Positions 44,070-53,709 of a stretch of 64,000 bases of DNA are shown in pieces (the first letter of the stretch is position 1; every line of letters starts with the position of its first letter). The notes beneath the pieces are model-generated. The model was not told the origin of the DNA and made no database searches. It saw nothing but the letters and a program-made list of their open reading frames with translations. The stretch comes from an uncultured Verrucomicrobiae bacterium. Lineage in GTDB: Bacteria; Verrucomicrobiota; Verrucomicrobiia; Chthoniobacterales; JAFAMB01. The translations under genes and the position numbers were made by a program. The stretch is from NCBI GenBank assembly GCA_963813025.1, contig CAWEXO010000008.1, positions 128,001-192,000 of the forward strand, in the 5' to 3' direction.

Positions 44070-44597
44070 CAGACAACTTCTCTTCCACCGGATCTTTACA
44101 GCGAATCCTGTTTTTCTCCGGCCGGCTCGAAATAGCGGGTCAACACAATACGGGAAACGAAGTATCCGGGGTTGCAGCCCAGCCGTTGACACTCCGCTCT
44201 GATTAATGCAGCTGTCCCACGCGGAATCTGCCAGCCGCAGCATTCGGTATCGGAGCGGGGACGGCCGGGGGGACGAAGGGACTTGGCGATGCTCGATCTC
44301 GTGCCCTCCACCGTAGCAATTTATCCGGGTTTTTGCTAGGACCTTGAACCAGGAGTTTTGTCTGGGGGAAGACGATTTCGTAGTGCTGCCACCTGACCAT
44401 GAGCCAAAACTGCCATTTGACCGTTGGTGCGAAGTCCTGGCCGGCTTGTTGGCAATCGCGATTGCCTGTGTGGATATCTGGAAGATCGGACCGACAGGTG
44501 GTCTTTCCCTTCCTTTGGATGAAATCTTGCTGCTCACCGGAATTGCCTTGGTGGCCGGGATTAACAATCTGTTTGGCCCAAAACCCTAAAGGCTAAC

Positions 44598-44798
44598 ATG
44601 CCAACAAACGCCAAAACCTCTCGGGTAGGACGCCCCCGGCTGGGTGATGAACGCATCGATGTGACTCTGCCGCGATCGGTTGCTAATCAGTTGCGCACCT
44701 TCGAGAATCTAACCGGCAAGTACCGGACCAGGATCGCGGCCAATATCATCACGAACGTCTTGGCCGATCCGGAAGCCACGCAACGCTTCCTCCACTAG
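44598..44798 (+). CDS. Small ribbon-helix-helix-like DNA-binding protein
   Basis: GRPRLG..RIDVTLP..VANQL pattern. Confidence 0.55.
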   Translation: MPTNAKTSRVGRPRLGDERIDVTLPRSVANQLRTFENLTGKYRTRIAANIITNVLADPEATQRFLH

Positions 44799-45512
44799 GA
44801 GCTTGAACACCTCCCGATTGAGCGCATTGCTTCGCGTTATGCCCATAATCTCACCAATCGTTTACGATCTCCCTCGTCGCGCTGGAACTCGGGGTGGACC
44901 AAGCTCGGCAAGAGCGCACCGGAGGATTGCTCAGATCCCTCGTCCTTCCAGGAGCACCGGCACCAGCCACCACCGAATTGAGCTCGTCCATCAAGTCGGC
45001 GAACTAGATGCCGCCGCTCGGAGGATTTGATCGCGCTCGAGCGTCTTAGCCCGATCATTCCTCCTCCTCTACCTCCTCACGCTGGAGCCGCTGGAGCGCT
45101 CCGCAGCCACGAATTGTTTGCGGATGGTGCAGCGCAGCGCTTGGCAGGAACGGGATGATCTCTTAACTAGCACCTCTGATGAATGAGGACGAAGCGCCGA
45201 CCCATGAAACCCACGCCAGAGATGGTCCAAATCCTTATCGAGCGGATAAGAGAAGTTTTAGCCGATCCGGATACGATGGCAGCCCACCCAAAGCGCCTCG
45301 ACTTTATTGCCGAGAGCGAACCGACCTACAAAATCGCAAATCGTTCATGTTGAACGGCTTAAATTCTAGGATCGACCGCTATGCTACCCGCATTGATTCT
45401 GTATTTGCCCTTATCCGAAATGTCGTTTCACTGACCGGAATATGGCGTCTACCGCTGAATCTGATATGATGAGAACGAGAACGTCACCGGAGCCGAGTCA
45501 CCGCAATCAATT

Positions 45513-46322
45513 ATGAATGAAATTCTTGTTGCAATAGGCGGTGGGTTGGCCACCGGTGGGACTCTCGAAAAGTTTCTCGGACCGACTGCGGAGTATCTTG
45601 GCCAGGGTATGTTGACCTTCGCAAAGAGGCGGGGGGAAAATATTCGCCGTATCTTCAGCAAGGCAATAGAAAAACTTGGCAATAGAATCGAATCGCCCGG
45701 ATTTGTCCCTCCGCGAGTTCTTGCCGGGGTTGTCAACGAGGGTTCGTATCGCGAAGACGAACTTGAGGCAGAGTATTTTGGCGGCGTTCTTGCCTCAGCT
45801 CGCACAACAATATCTCGGGACGATCGTGCTGCTTCGATTGTAGCGCTCATAAACCGGTTAACTACTTATCAGTTAAGATCCCATTACATTTTGTATCGGA
45901 CGATCAAGCGTCTCTTTAATGGCACCAATATCGCAATCTCTTCCCCAGCAGAGCGTCTATCTTTAGAAGTCATTATTCCTTTCTCCATATATTCGACTGC
46001 AATGGATTTTTCCGAAGAGGAGGACAATCGGTCACTCTTGCATCATGCTATGAGCGGGCTCGATCACGAAGATCTCATTGAAAAACAAGGACTTTGGAAC
46101 GGCGGGCTGGTCGCCTATTCGATTCAGCCCGAATCGGAAGATATCTCAGTGACGCCCTCTGTTCGAGGAGTCGAGTTGTTTCTCGCCGCCTACGGTTTCG
46201 CACACTTCGGAGTAGATTATTTCCTTTCGTCAAAATGCGAAATTGCCGATTTTGCAGGAATATCTATTCCGGAGGGAGCGCGCAAAGGTCGACCCTCAAC
46301 CCAGACTAGCGGGTTCGAGTGA
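45513..46322 (+). CDS. Cargo protein resembling Abi-alpha/DUF4393 family
   Basis: LGPTAEYLG, PPRVLAGVVNEGSY.EDEL..EYFGGVLASA; AT-richer than host genes. Confidence 0.55.
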   Translation: MNEILVAIGGGLATGGTLEKFLGPTAEYLGQGMLTFAKRRGENIRRIFSKAIEKLGNRIESPGFVPPRVLAGVVNEGSYREDELEAEYFGGVLASARTTISRDDRAASIVALINRLTTYQLRSHYILYRTIKRLFNGTNIAISSPAERLSLEVIIPFSIYSTAMDFSEEEDNRSLLHHAMSGLDHEDLIEKQGLWNGGLVAYSIQPESEDISVTPSVRGVELFLAAYGFAHFGVDYFLSSKCEIADFAGISIPEGARKGRPSTQTSGFE

Positions 46323-46331
46323 GCCATTTTT

Positions 46332-46353
46332 GGCCACAATTTGTGGCCTTTTT
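46332..46353 (+). terminator. Intrinsic terminator (a similar hairpin follows at ~46371-46392)
   Basis: GGCCACA-ATT-TGTGGCC followed by TTTTT, right after the stop codon. Confidence 0.6.
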
Positions 46354-46573
46354 CAGTTGCCTGATTTTGGGCCACGATTCGTGGACATTTTTCCGCTCCT
46401 CTCGTCTATGTTAGACACCTAACATAGTTCTCGTTCACCTAATAACAAAGTTTGGTTTACATGCGGAAAATCACGCGCTCGACCAGTTCCCGAGTCGAAA
46501 TAGAATGTAAAAAGAAGCAGTTCTGGGTCACTGCTTCCTATTGAAATCGCTCAAATCGGACCGGGGTTTCCAT

Positions 46574-48568
46574 CTACCACACAACCGGCCTATTCTGAAC
46601 GCCGTACCGGTGCGGTCTTGAGGTGCTCTCGCCCTCCACACCGATCGGACGCCCAGCCGGCTGGTAAACGATATCTCGCCGCATCGGCTGGGCTCCCCAC
46701 GCCGGTCTATTGGCGGCGGATTGCTCCTGCTGCGAGAGCGGCGTGTGTTCTCCGACGCCCCTCTCATCCAGGTTGATCCGCAGGCTCTCGAGCGACGAGA
46801 GACACATCACCAAACAATCAAGCGCCTCGTTCCGGGCCCGGGTCTGCACCCATTGAAAGCTTTTGACTCCGTTGCGATACCGCGGCTGCCGGGACTCGCT
46901 GGCCAGTTGGGCAAAGAACTCGCTGTCAAAGCCGCTAGCAACGCCGCCCTCGGGTTCTTTCGGAACATGGACAAAGCCACGGCCCGGAGCTTCCACCTTG
47001 AGGAGGCCAGCTACCAAATCTTTGACCTTGTTCACGTCAGATTTGACGATTCGAGCCCGTTCGTTGGTGTCATCCCGGATCGTCCAGATTGCTCCTTGCG
47101 GCAGGCTGGACAAGCCCTGGAAGGCAATCAAGCGCGGGTAACGACGCTTGGTTTCCCGGCAGACGATTCCGTGGAAGTGGCCACCGCAATCCTGCAAAGC
47201 CCGTCGGACCTGCATCGGAGTGCCATCTTGCCTTTTCCAAGTCCGGTTTAAGACTCTCTCCTCGAGCTCGGCATACATGTGTGCCGTGTCCAGGTCGGGT
47301 CGCCCGAGAATCTGACCGTATTCGAGCAACCACGTCTCCCGACCGGGACCGAAGGCGCAGATCAGGTAGGCAAAGTAGGTGTCCTGGGTATCGATCCCGG
47401 CCACGATGAGCTTCGTTTGGTCGGGAAGTTCGCAGTGATAAACCTCACGCCGACCGACCAGATCGTCTTCGACAATCGCTTCCTTGGAAGTGACGAAAGG
47501 CTCGCCCAGCCTCGTGCCTAAGACCGCCCGGAGCGCACTGTGATCGCCGCTCTTGGCCTGGTGGCTGGCTTGCCGCCACTCGGCATGGACCACACGCCAG
47601 TCGATCAATGGCGATGGCCAGCAGGCCAGGTGGAACCCGCGACGGAACGGGTGGGAGGAGTGCGCCCGCCAGATCCCTTCGTTTCCCAACCATTCCAGCT
47701 GGCTGTATTCCCGCTCACAGGTGACGCACCGGCAAGCGCCAGTCTCAAAGTTCATCTCGGCCAGGGCGAGAATCTGGTAATGGCCAGCCGGACACCGGGA
47801 ATAGTAGTGTTCCTGGGTCGAGTCCTCGTAGAGCGCGCTGATCCGGCACGATTCCAATTCGACCGGGCTTGAGCTGTAGATCACTTTTGTGCTCCCCCGG
47901 AAAGTACTTGTTCTGACCTTGCCCAGAGATACGGCATCGCCTTCCGGTGACCGTCCTTTGGCCATCAAGGGCAGCCTTGAAAGCTCTTCAAAGATCAGGT
48001 AGCGGATCGGCCTCATGGAAAGACCGACGGCGCTCAAGCCGGCCACGATCGATACCTGGCAGCCTGGCCCCAAACTTTTGCGAAACATTGAGCTTTCCGG
48101 CCCGACTTCTTCCTTCTCCCATCTGCCGTTCAAATTCAGACTGTCGCGGAGCATCGGGTCAAGCCGGTCCAGGCTCATCGAGCGACATGCCTGCAGAGTC
48201 GGACAGACCAGAAGCGTCGGCGCCGGATCGACCGATGCCCAGTAAAGAATCGGGTTGAGCGTGGCAAGCTCGCTCTTTCCCACCTGGCTGGCGGCCGAGA
48301 TCACGACCTCCCGCATCGAAGGATTGGCGATTGCTCGAGAGATTTCCCGGCCATAGGGAAACCGATCAAAGGACCAGCGGCCAGGCTCAGCACTTGATTC
48401 CGGGGAAAGGCGCCGGTGTTTCTCCAGCCAGGGGACGATATCCAGCCGCTGAGTCGGTCGGGCCATCTGGCTCAGCTCTCGCAAAACTTCTCGGGTGACG
48501 GCGCTCGGTGTCTCCGAGCCGTTCAGGTGTTTCTTACCGCGCTTTTCTTTTCTCTTGAGAGTGACCAT
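46574..48568 (-). CDS. Terminase large subunit, lambda gpA family
   Basis: SPESSAEPGRW, SQVGKSE (Walker A), SSSP, zinc ribbon, AGIDTQD, DCGGH, RNEALDC. Confidence 0.9.
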   Translation of the reverse strand: MVTLKRKEKRGKKHLNGSETPSAVTREVLRELSQMARPTQRLDIVPWLEKHRRLSPESSAEPGRWSFDRFPYGREISRAIANPSMREVVISAASQVGKSELATLNPILYWASVDPAPTLLVCPTLQACRSMSLDRLDPMLRDSLNLNGRWEKEEVGPESSMFRKSLGPGCQVSIVAGLSAVGLSMRPIRYLIFEELSRLPLMAKGRSPEGDAVSLGKVRTSTFRGSTKVIYSSSPVELESCRISALYEDSTQEHYYSRCPAGHYQILALAEMNFETGACRCVTCEREYSQLEWLGNEGIWRAHSSHPFRRGFHLACWPSPLIDWRVVHAEWRQASHQAKSGDHSALRAVLGTRLGEPFVTSKEAIVEDDLVGRREVYHCELPDQTKLIVAGIDTQDTYFAYLICAFGPGRETWLLEYGQILGRPDLDTAHMYAELEERVLNRTWKRQDGTPMQVRRALQDCGGHFHGIVCRETKRRYPRLIAFQGLSSLPQGAIWTIRDDTNERARIVKSDVNKVKDLVAGLLKVEAPGRGFVHVPKEPEGGVASGFDSEFFAQLASESRQPRYRNGVKSFQWVQTRARNEALDCLVMCLSSLESLRINLDERGVGEHTPLSQQEQSAANRPAWGAQPMRRDIVYQPAGRPIGVEGESTSRPHRYGVQNRPVVW

Positions 48569-49079
48569 TAGTACTCGCCCGAGCCAGGATATCGCCCAGC
48601 GAGTCTAACGCATCGGCGCTCTCCGCCTCAAGGATGGCCAGCTGGCTTGCGCGTTCCGTCGTATGGCTTAAGCGCTCAATCACTCGGCTCGAAAAGCTGC
48701 TCATCTTCTGCTGGTAGCTCCGGACCGCTCGGCCAAAGGTCGACAGAAACTCTTCCCGCGGGACCAGGTCGCCACGACTCCGCTCCATGGCCAGCTCAGC
48801 CTTAGCTCGGATCGCCGCCTGAGTCTTGGATTTCTCGGAAAGAAAATCGGTCTGCGCTTTTTCACGTTCCGATCGCTGCAGCTGGGAAAATGAGCGCACA
48901 CAATCAACCAGCGGATAAAGGTACGCCTTCTTGTTTCGCGGATCCTGAATTCGCGAAAACACGCCGCTCCGGGCCAGCCGGGTTGTCACCGTATCAGAGA
49001 GCCCGAGCAGCCGGCTCAGCTCCGCGGCCGGAACGTGGAGCGATTCATCCAACGTCAAAATCTGGACGGAATCTGCCAT
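48534..49079 (-). CDS. Terminase small subunit (Nu1-like)
   Basis: N-terminal wHTH (AAELSRLLGLS...YPLVDCV), coiled coil AKAELAMERSRGDLVP; overlaps terL. Confidence 0.75.
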   Translation of the reverse strand: MADSVQILTLDESLHVPAAELSRLLGLSDTVTTRLARSGVFSRIQDPRNKKAYLYPLVDCVRSFSQLQRSEREKAQTDFLSEKSKTQAAIRAKAELAMERSRGDLVPREEFLSTFGRAVRSYQQKMSSFSSRVIERLSHTTERASQLAILEAESADALDSLGDILARASTNGHSQEKRKAR

Positions 49080-49144
49080 AACAGTTTCGAAGCCCGTTGT
49101 ATCCGCCAATTTAAAAAAGCTCGAGGACTCGCTCGATTTAAAGG

Positions 49145-49186
49145 ATCGCTCGCACCCGTCGAGCGATTAAAGTTCCGACAGGACCC
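49145..49186 (-). other. Putative cos site (cosQ plus cosN-like dyad)
   Basis: GGGTCCT, 20 nt, ACGGG, the latter inside the dyad ATCGCTCG-N7-CGAGCGAT; just upstream of terS. Confidence 0.65.
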
Positions 49187-49250
49187 AGTCCCGGGGATTA
49201 ATTTTTTCGGCGGGAAAGCGCTCGCCTCCCCCGAGTAGATGATTGGATGA

Positions 49251-49991
49251 TCAAGCGAAGTCATACCGTTTGCTTCGCTCGGTTGCGAACCTCTCACGCA
49301 AAGCCAGAACGCGTTTTACTTCCTGCGCCAGTTGTTCTGATCTCAGCTCCGGTGAAGAAGGACGACCTCGAATGAAACTTGAAAAGATCGAGTTACTTTG
49401 GACGAACTCGTTGAGCGCAATGACATCACGAGCACTTTCCGCGACTGGCAGGAGAGCGAAAGCCTGGGGTTCAATTCTTTTGGCCAACATCTCAAGATGA
49501 GCTGCCACACGTTCGGCCCGGAGACCTTGAGCCTGCTGCTCCAGGGAGACCCGAGCATAATCGATTCGGTCGCGAAGCTGCTGCCGAGCTTCCCCTTCCT
49601 GAGATAGCAGGCGGGTATGACGGGCGGCTAGAACTTTGGTCAAAGCCTGAGCCTTTGAGACGCGGTCCACCAACTCGTCTTCCTCGCCCAGGTCATCGGC
49701 CACGAGCTTGACTTCTTGGGCTTTGGCTGCTTCGAGCCGGCACGCGAGCTTGGCCAATTCCTGGCGGAGCTTGTCCGCTCTCGCTTGAACCACAGTCATT
49801 GCTTTCCAAGGATCCGGCTCGGTGGAATCAGGTCCAGGCGGTTTAGGGGAAGGGATTGGCGGCACCACGGGTAGAGCTGCCCACTGAGCAACAGCGTAAT
49901 CCGAGAGAGGCTCCGGCTTCGTACTGACCGGGAGTGCCGGAGTTGATGGAACAATGGGTGGACGGACGGGAGATTCAGTCATCGGGTTCAT
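49251..49991 (-). CDS. Hypothetical protein with Pro-rich N-terminus and coiled coil
   Basis: 246-aa ORF; ATGA overlap with the upstream gene. Confidence 0.7.
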   Translation of the reverse strand: MNPMTESPVRPPIVPSTPALPVSTKPEPLSDYAVAQWAALPVVPPIPSPKPPGPDSTEPDPWKAMTVVQARADKLRQELAKLACRLEAAKAQEVKLVADDLGEEDELVDRVSKAQALTKVLAARHTRLLSQEGEARQQLRDRIDYARVSLEQQAQGLRAERVAAHLEMLAKRIEPQAFALLPVAESARDVIALNEFVQSNSIFSSFIRGRPSSPELRSEQLAQEVKRVLALRERFATERSKRYDFA

Positions 49992-50236
49992 TTGGTTTGA
50001 GCTGCTGCCTTTTTGAGAGAAGTAATAATCGGGGAAGGCTGCTTCGAGTTTCCGGCCCGGGTTGATCTCAGGTACTCGGCTTCGCTTTTGGGAAGCGTAG
50101 CTTTGCTTTTTACTGGGGGGCGGAGGCTAGCGGCGAGAAGCCGCCCGGCGTGATCGGCTGGGGAACGACCGAGCAACTGGGCGCCTTCGCGAAGCCGCTG
50201 GTAAAGCTCGGGGGCGAGTTGGATTTCTAATTTCAT
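49988..50236 (-). CDS. Small RHH/CopG-like protein
   Basis: MKLEIQLAPELYQRLREGAQLLGRS; ATGA-coupled on both sides. Confidence 0.6.
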   Translation of the reverse strand: MKLEIQLAPELYQRLREGAQLLGRSPADHAGRLLAASLRPPVKSKATLPKSEAEYLRSTRAGNSKQPSPIITSLKKAAAQTK

Positions 50237-50448
50237 GATGCTGCAATGCTTTTGGATCGGTGGGTTGACTGCGAAAGCCGAAGAGTTAAAGGCGCACCTG
50301 GCTGCTCGGAATTGAGCCAGACCTGGATTGAAACTGGCTTTCCCTCGATCTGGATTGTGCCGGCATAATTGGGTTGCCAGTCGGCGGTTCGATTTGCTTT
50401 GACGGGCAAGCGGACAGTGAGCGGGCACGCTTGGGTAAGTTCTTTCAT
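50233..50448 (-). CDS. Small beta-rich protein (DUF736/phage SSB-like pattern)
   Basis: QPNYAGTIQIEG..VSIQVW; ATGA-coupled. Confidence 0.55.
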   Translation of the reverse strand: MKELTQACPLTVRLPVKANRTADWQPNYAGTIQIEGKPVSIQVWLNSEQPGAPLTLRLSQSTHRSKSIAAS

Positions 50449-50909
50449 TGTAACGCCTCCGGGAAGGCCGCTCCGAAACAGTGGGAGTAAGCTTCATCAA
50501 AAGTGGCGTAACGCTGAGTGCTGGGTTCGGCGCCGTCACCCTCAAAGATGAGAGCTGCGAAATAAACGGGCTGAGCGGAAGGACTAACCTCGAAGATTCT
50601 TACCCGGCTGGATGGAGCACTCCACCGCTCTCTCCAGATAGCGTTGTTGCGCTGAAAACTAAGCCGACGCGTTCGGGTTCGGGCAATGGCCAGTGCCATG
50701 GTCCGGTTAGTCAAGCCGCTGAAAATTGGACCGCGCTCTGAGGAGAGCAGGCCGGTTATTTCGAAGGAAGAGCAGCCCTCGTAGCCGCCACAGGCCGGGC
50801 CGCGGCATTGGCCGGTAAGCAGATCGTTGGGTTCATCGAACTCCAGATGAATACTCCCGCCACATCGCGGGCAGCGGCGGGTAGTGTCGTAGTGCCAGGC
50901 TTGGGACAT
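50445..50909 (-). CDS. Hypothetical zinc-finger protein
   Basis: CPRCGG...CRGPACG; ATGA-coupled to the next gene. Confidence 0.6.
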   Translation of the reverse strand: MSQAWHYDTTRRCPRCGGSIHLEFDEPNDLLTGQCRGPACGGYEGCSSFEITGLLSSERGPIFSGLTNRTMALAIARTRTRRLSFQRNNAIWRERWSAPSSRVRIFEVSPSAQPVYFAALIFEGDGAEPSTQRYATFDEAYSHCFGAAFPEALQ

Positions 50910-51368
50910 AGATATTTTGTGGGTTTGAAGAACGTTTGGGACGGTCTGTGGAAATTGGTACGGGTTCGGGTTTGGGCAGTCATGACTTTATGATCAGTGC
51001 TCGTCCGCCTCCATAATGCGTTACGAATGGCCTCTGACACATGCTTTGTGCGCAGAGCTCTTCTTCGCGCTCGATGTTTGGCTGGACATAGCCACTAGCC
51101 GCTATGGTCACCGGCTTAGTAAGACCTCTTAAGATAAGGTCCTCAGCTGGCAGTATGTTATGGACACTGAACCGCGAAACCTTTCGGCGGTGCCAAGGCA
51201 ACAGCAGAAAGGCCAGAAGCTGGCCAAGGAAGAGACGACGTTTTACTTGCTCTGTTTTCATTGGGTAGAAACGAGTCTTGAAGTCACCCGACCATTCTTG
51301 GAAAGCCAGCAGCAGCCACCTCAGTGCTGTAGTCCGTTCTGCCTCGGTCCAGCAAGTCCGGTAAGGAA

Positions 51369-52916
51369 TCAGGTTGCCTGATCGCCCACCGAGGCATTTT
51401 TGCTAATGTCAGAAGTCTCGATCGCCCCTTCATAAAATTTCAAGACTCTTTGAATGTAATTCCGAGCTCCTTTCGGAGTTCCTACGTGCTCTAAAGGCCC
51501 AGCGAGCAAACGCGGTCTCCACTCGTCATCAAAAAGTTGGAGAAGTCTTTCTTGTTTCAATTTGCTGTAGATTGGTAGAAACATTTCCATCAATGTTCGC
51601 TTCGGGGCGATTGGCAGATCAAGGTGCGCCAGAAGGTAACCAACAAATGCAGACGTCATGGTATCCCCCGGCCATTCGCTGCTCAAGGCGTAAAGGCACG
51701 GCTTCGGCCAGGAGTTAGCGTTCGCGACATCAATCTCGTGCTGCTGGGATACAAAATGGTAGCCAGCCACGCATACAGCGGTAACAGTTTGAAAAAGGTA
51801 GAGGTACTCTCGAGTGGGGACGACTTCCTTTATCCGCTGAGCAATTGCCATGTCGCTTCTATAGCCTTGTTCAAATGCAAAAATCCCTTGGAATATCGGA
51901 ACAACTTGAGGATGCCGCGCTGTGGCTTCGAATAATATTTCGAGGGCTTCATCGAGCGCATTCGTGTTGAGTTTTGTTTTCACTTCTACAATAGCGCGCA
52001 CCGAATCCCGCGGAACGACGACCACCTCATTTTCTCTGAACAATGGTGCATAGTTGATGGCGTCCCAAACAATGATATCGAGCTGGCGTGCGCAATCCTC
52101 GATAAACCCAGTGCTCACCCGAAACTTTCCGGGAACAACCTTACGCAGAAATCCACGCAACAACTCTTCGCGAAAGCTTCCTGCGGTCCCAGAATGGCGA
52201 ATTAGAAAATCGACTTGCCTGCTTTGGGCAAGAAGCTGGTCTGAAAATCTCGAGAGGTAGTCTATTCTATCGAAAAATCCATGGACGAGCGGAGCCAATC
52301 CATACCAAATCTTATCTCCACTGACGTGTACACTTCCTGAGCCCATAGAGTCCATCATGCGCAGCGTGTCTTCGATGAGGTCTTTCTCGAGCTCTGGGTT
52401 GCCGCGGACGGTTTGAATGAGTTCCGGCAAGAGACGTCGCCGTCCCGTGGAGTCGCGTAAAATGAGCAGAACGGTTTCCTGTATTTTAAGCCACGGTGCC
52501 GGATCAACGGCGATTTTCGACGAACCACTTCTCGCGTTGCATAAAACGTGCTTCCCGATTGCCCGGTGATACTCGCGCAATGGCGAGACTATCCACTGGT
52601 GTCCAAGAATCACAGGAGCTTGGTGAATCCATAGCTCTCCTTCTTTTGAAACTATTAAACCGGTACGAGTGGTTCCCCAATCGGAATCCGGATCGTAAAC
52701 AAACTCTCTATCGGAGAAAAATGTTTCGTCATGGGGAAGTCTTGAAATCAAGCGTTCCTGATCTGTCATTGAAAGACGAATAGTAGCACCGTCATTGCAG
52801 AAACGCTTTCTGGCGATCACATACAAGTGTTCTGGGGGTGTGGTTGGTAAGACAGATACAAACGAGTGAACTGACTGAATAGGTCTTTCATGCTGATGGT
52901 GGTCGAATGTGACCAT
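51369..52916 (-). CDS. DUF6602-like (PD-(D/E)xK nuclease) domain protein
   Basis: HSGTAGSFREELLRGFL..VSTGFI..QLDIIVWD..AIVEVKT; AT-richer than host genes. Confidence 0.75.
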   Translation of the reverse strand: MVTFDHHQHERPIQSVHSFVSVLPTTPPEHLYVIARKRFCNDGATIRLSMTDQERLISRLPHDETFFSDREFVYDPDSDWGTTRTGLIVSKEGELWIHQAPVILGHQWIVSPLREYHRAIGKHVLCNARSGSSKIAVDPAPWLKIQETVLLILRDSTGRRRLLPELIQTVRGNPELEKDLIEDTLRMMDSMGSGSVHVSGDKIWYGLAPLVHGFFDRIDYLSRFSDQLLAQSRQVDFLIRHSGTAGSFREELLRGFLRKVVPGKFRVSTGFIEDCARQLDIIVWDAINYAPLFRENEVVVVPRDSVRAIVEVKTKLNTNALDEALEILFEATARHPQVVPIFQGIFAFEQGYRSDMAIAQRIKEVVPTREYLYLFQTVTAVCVAGYHFVSQQHEIDVANANSWPKPCLYALSSEWPGDTMTSAFVGYLLAHLDLPIAPKRTLMEMFLPIYSKLKQERLLQLFDDEWRPRLLAGPLEHVGTPKGARNYIQRVLKFYEGAIETSDISKNASVGDQAT

Positions 52917-53192
52917 TCAAAAACTGATCCAGCCCGGATTCGAGGGCATCGGAGTTTGGTCGAAACATCAGCCTCGGGGATGTCATGAGGGGTTTAGCAT
53001 TTCTCAATCCAGAGCGCCAGACTTTGGAAAACAAGATGGCGCAACAGGAGCAGCTCCTTAAGTTCAGCGCGGTCCAACGAGCGTTGGAATTTCAGAGTGG
53101 TCAGTTCTTTGAACCGATCGTAGCGCTCCACGAAGGAGCGGGAATCCGCATCACTCCGGGTTCGTAACTCGCTCACGACGGTGGGTTCGGGC

Positions 53193-53400
53193 ATGTTCCA
53201 CAAGAATGTTCCACAAAGAACGCGGTTAGACAAAGAAGAGAAGGAAAGAAGAGATCCTTCCCACTAAAGCTTCTCCACTTTAGTAAATAGTAATAGAAGA
53301 GAAGAATAAGAAGAAGAGAAGAATAAGAAAGAAACAAGGAACGGGGTACGTCTTCCCGAAGCTGGCGGGAAGGTACCTGCACGAAGTTGGCGGGAAGGTA
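53193..53400. other. Putative replication origin (iterons plus purine-rich tract)
   Basis: ATGTTCCACAA x2; long A/G tract; CGAAG(C/T)TGGCGGGAAGGTA at 53357-53375 and 53382-53400. Confidence 0.5.
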
Positions 53401-53709
53401 TCACTCCCAGGGCAGTTTCCAATTCAGGATTATTTTTGGATTTTTGCCATTTGTCCGTTCCCACGTAATGGCTCCGTATTTTTTCAACACCTGCAACGCT
53501 TTTTGTTTTTGATTCTTTGAGATTCTGTAGGAACGCAGGCTTTCTGAGGTGAGAGTGATGGGATTTCTATGTTTCCAGTCCAAGTAACACGTTTCATAGA
53601 GCACCAAGAGGACAGTCAAGGCGGGCATGTAGCCACTCGCAATGATTGTAAGCAGGACCGATTTCGGAAGGGTCAAGCGCTCCAACTTTCGATATTTCGA
53701 GGAACTCAT
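53401..53709 (-). CDS. Small winged-helix protein
   Basis: ISKNQKQKALQVLKKYGAITWER..GKNP; ATGA-coupled to the polA-like gene. Confidence 0.7.
   Translation of the reverse strand: MSSSKYRKLERLTLPKSVLLTIIASGYMPALTVLLVLYETCYLDWKHRNPITLTSESLRSYRISKNQKQKALQVLKKYGAITWERTNGKNPKIILNWKLPWE

Noticed and set aside
43770..44567. 265-aa minus-strand ORF in the island
   Set aside because: No recognisable motifs; overlaps more plausible small + strand ORFs
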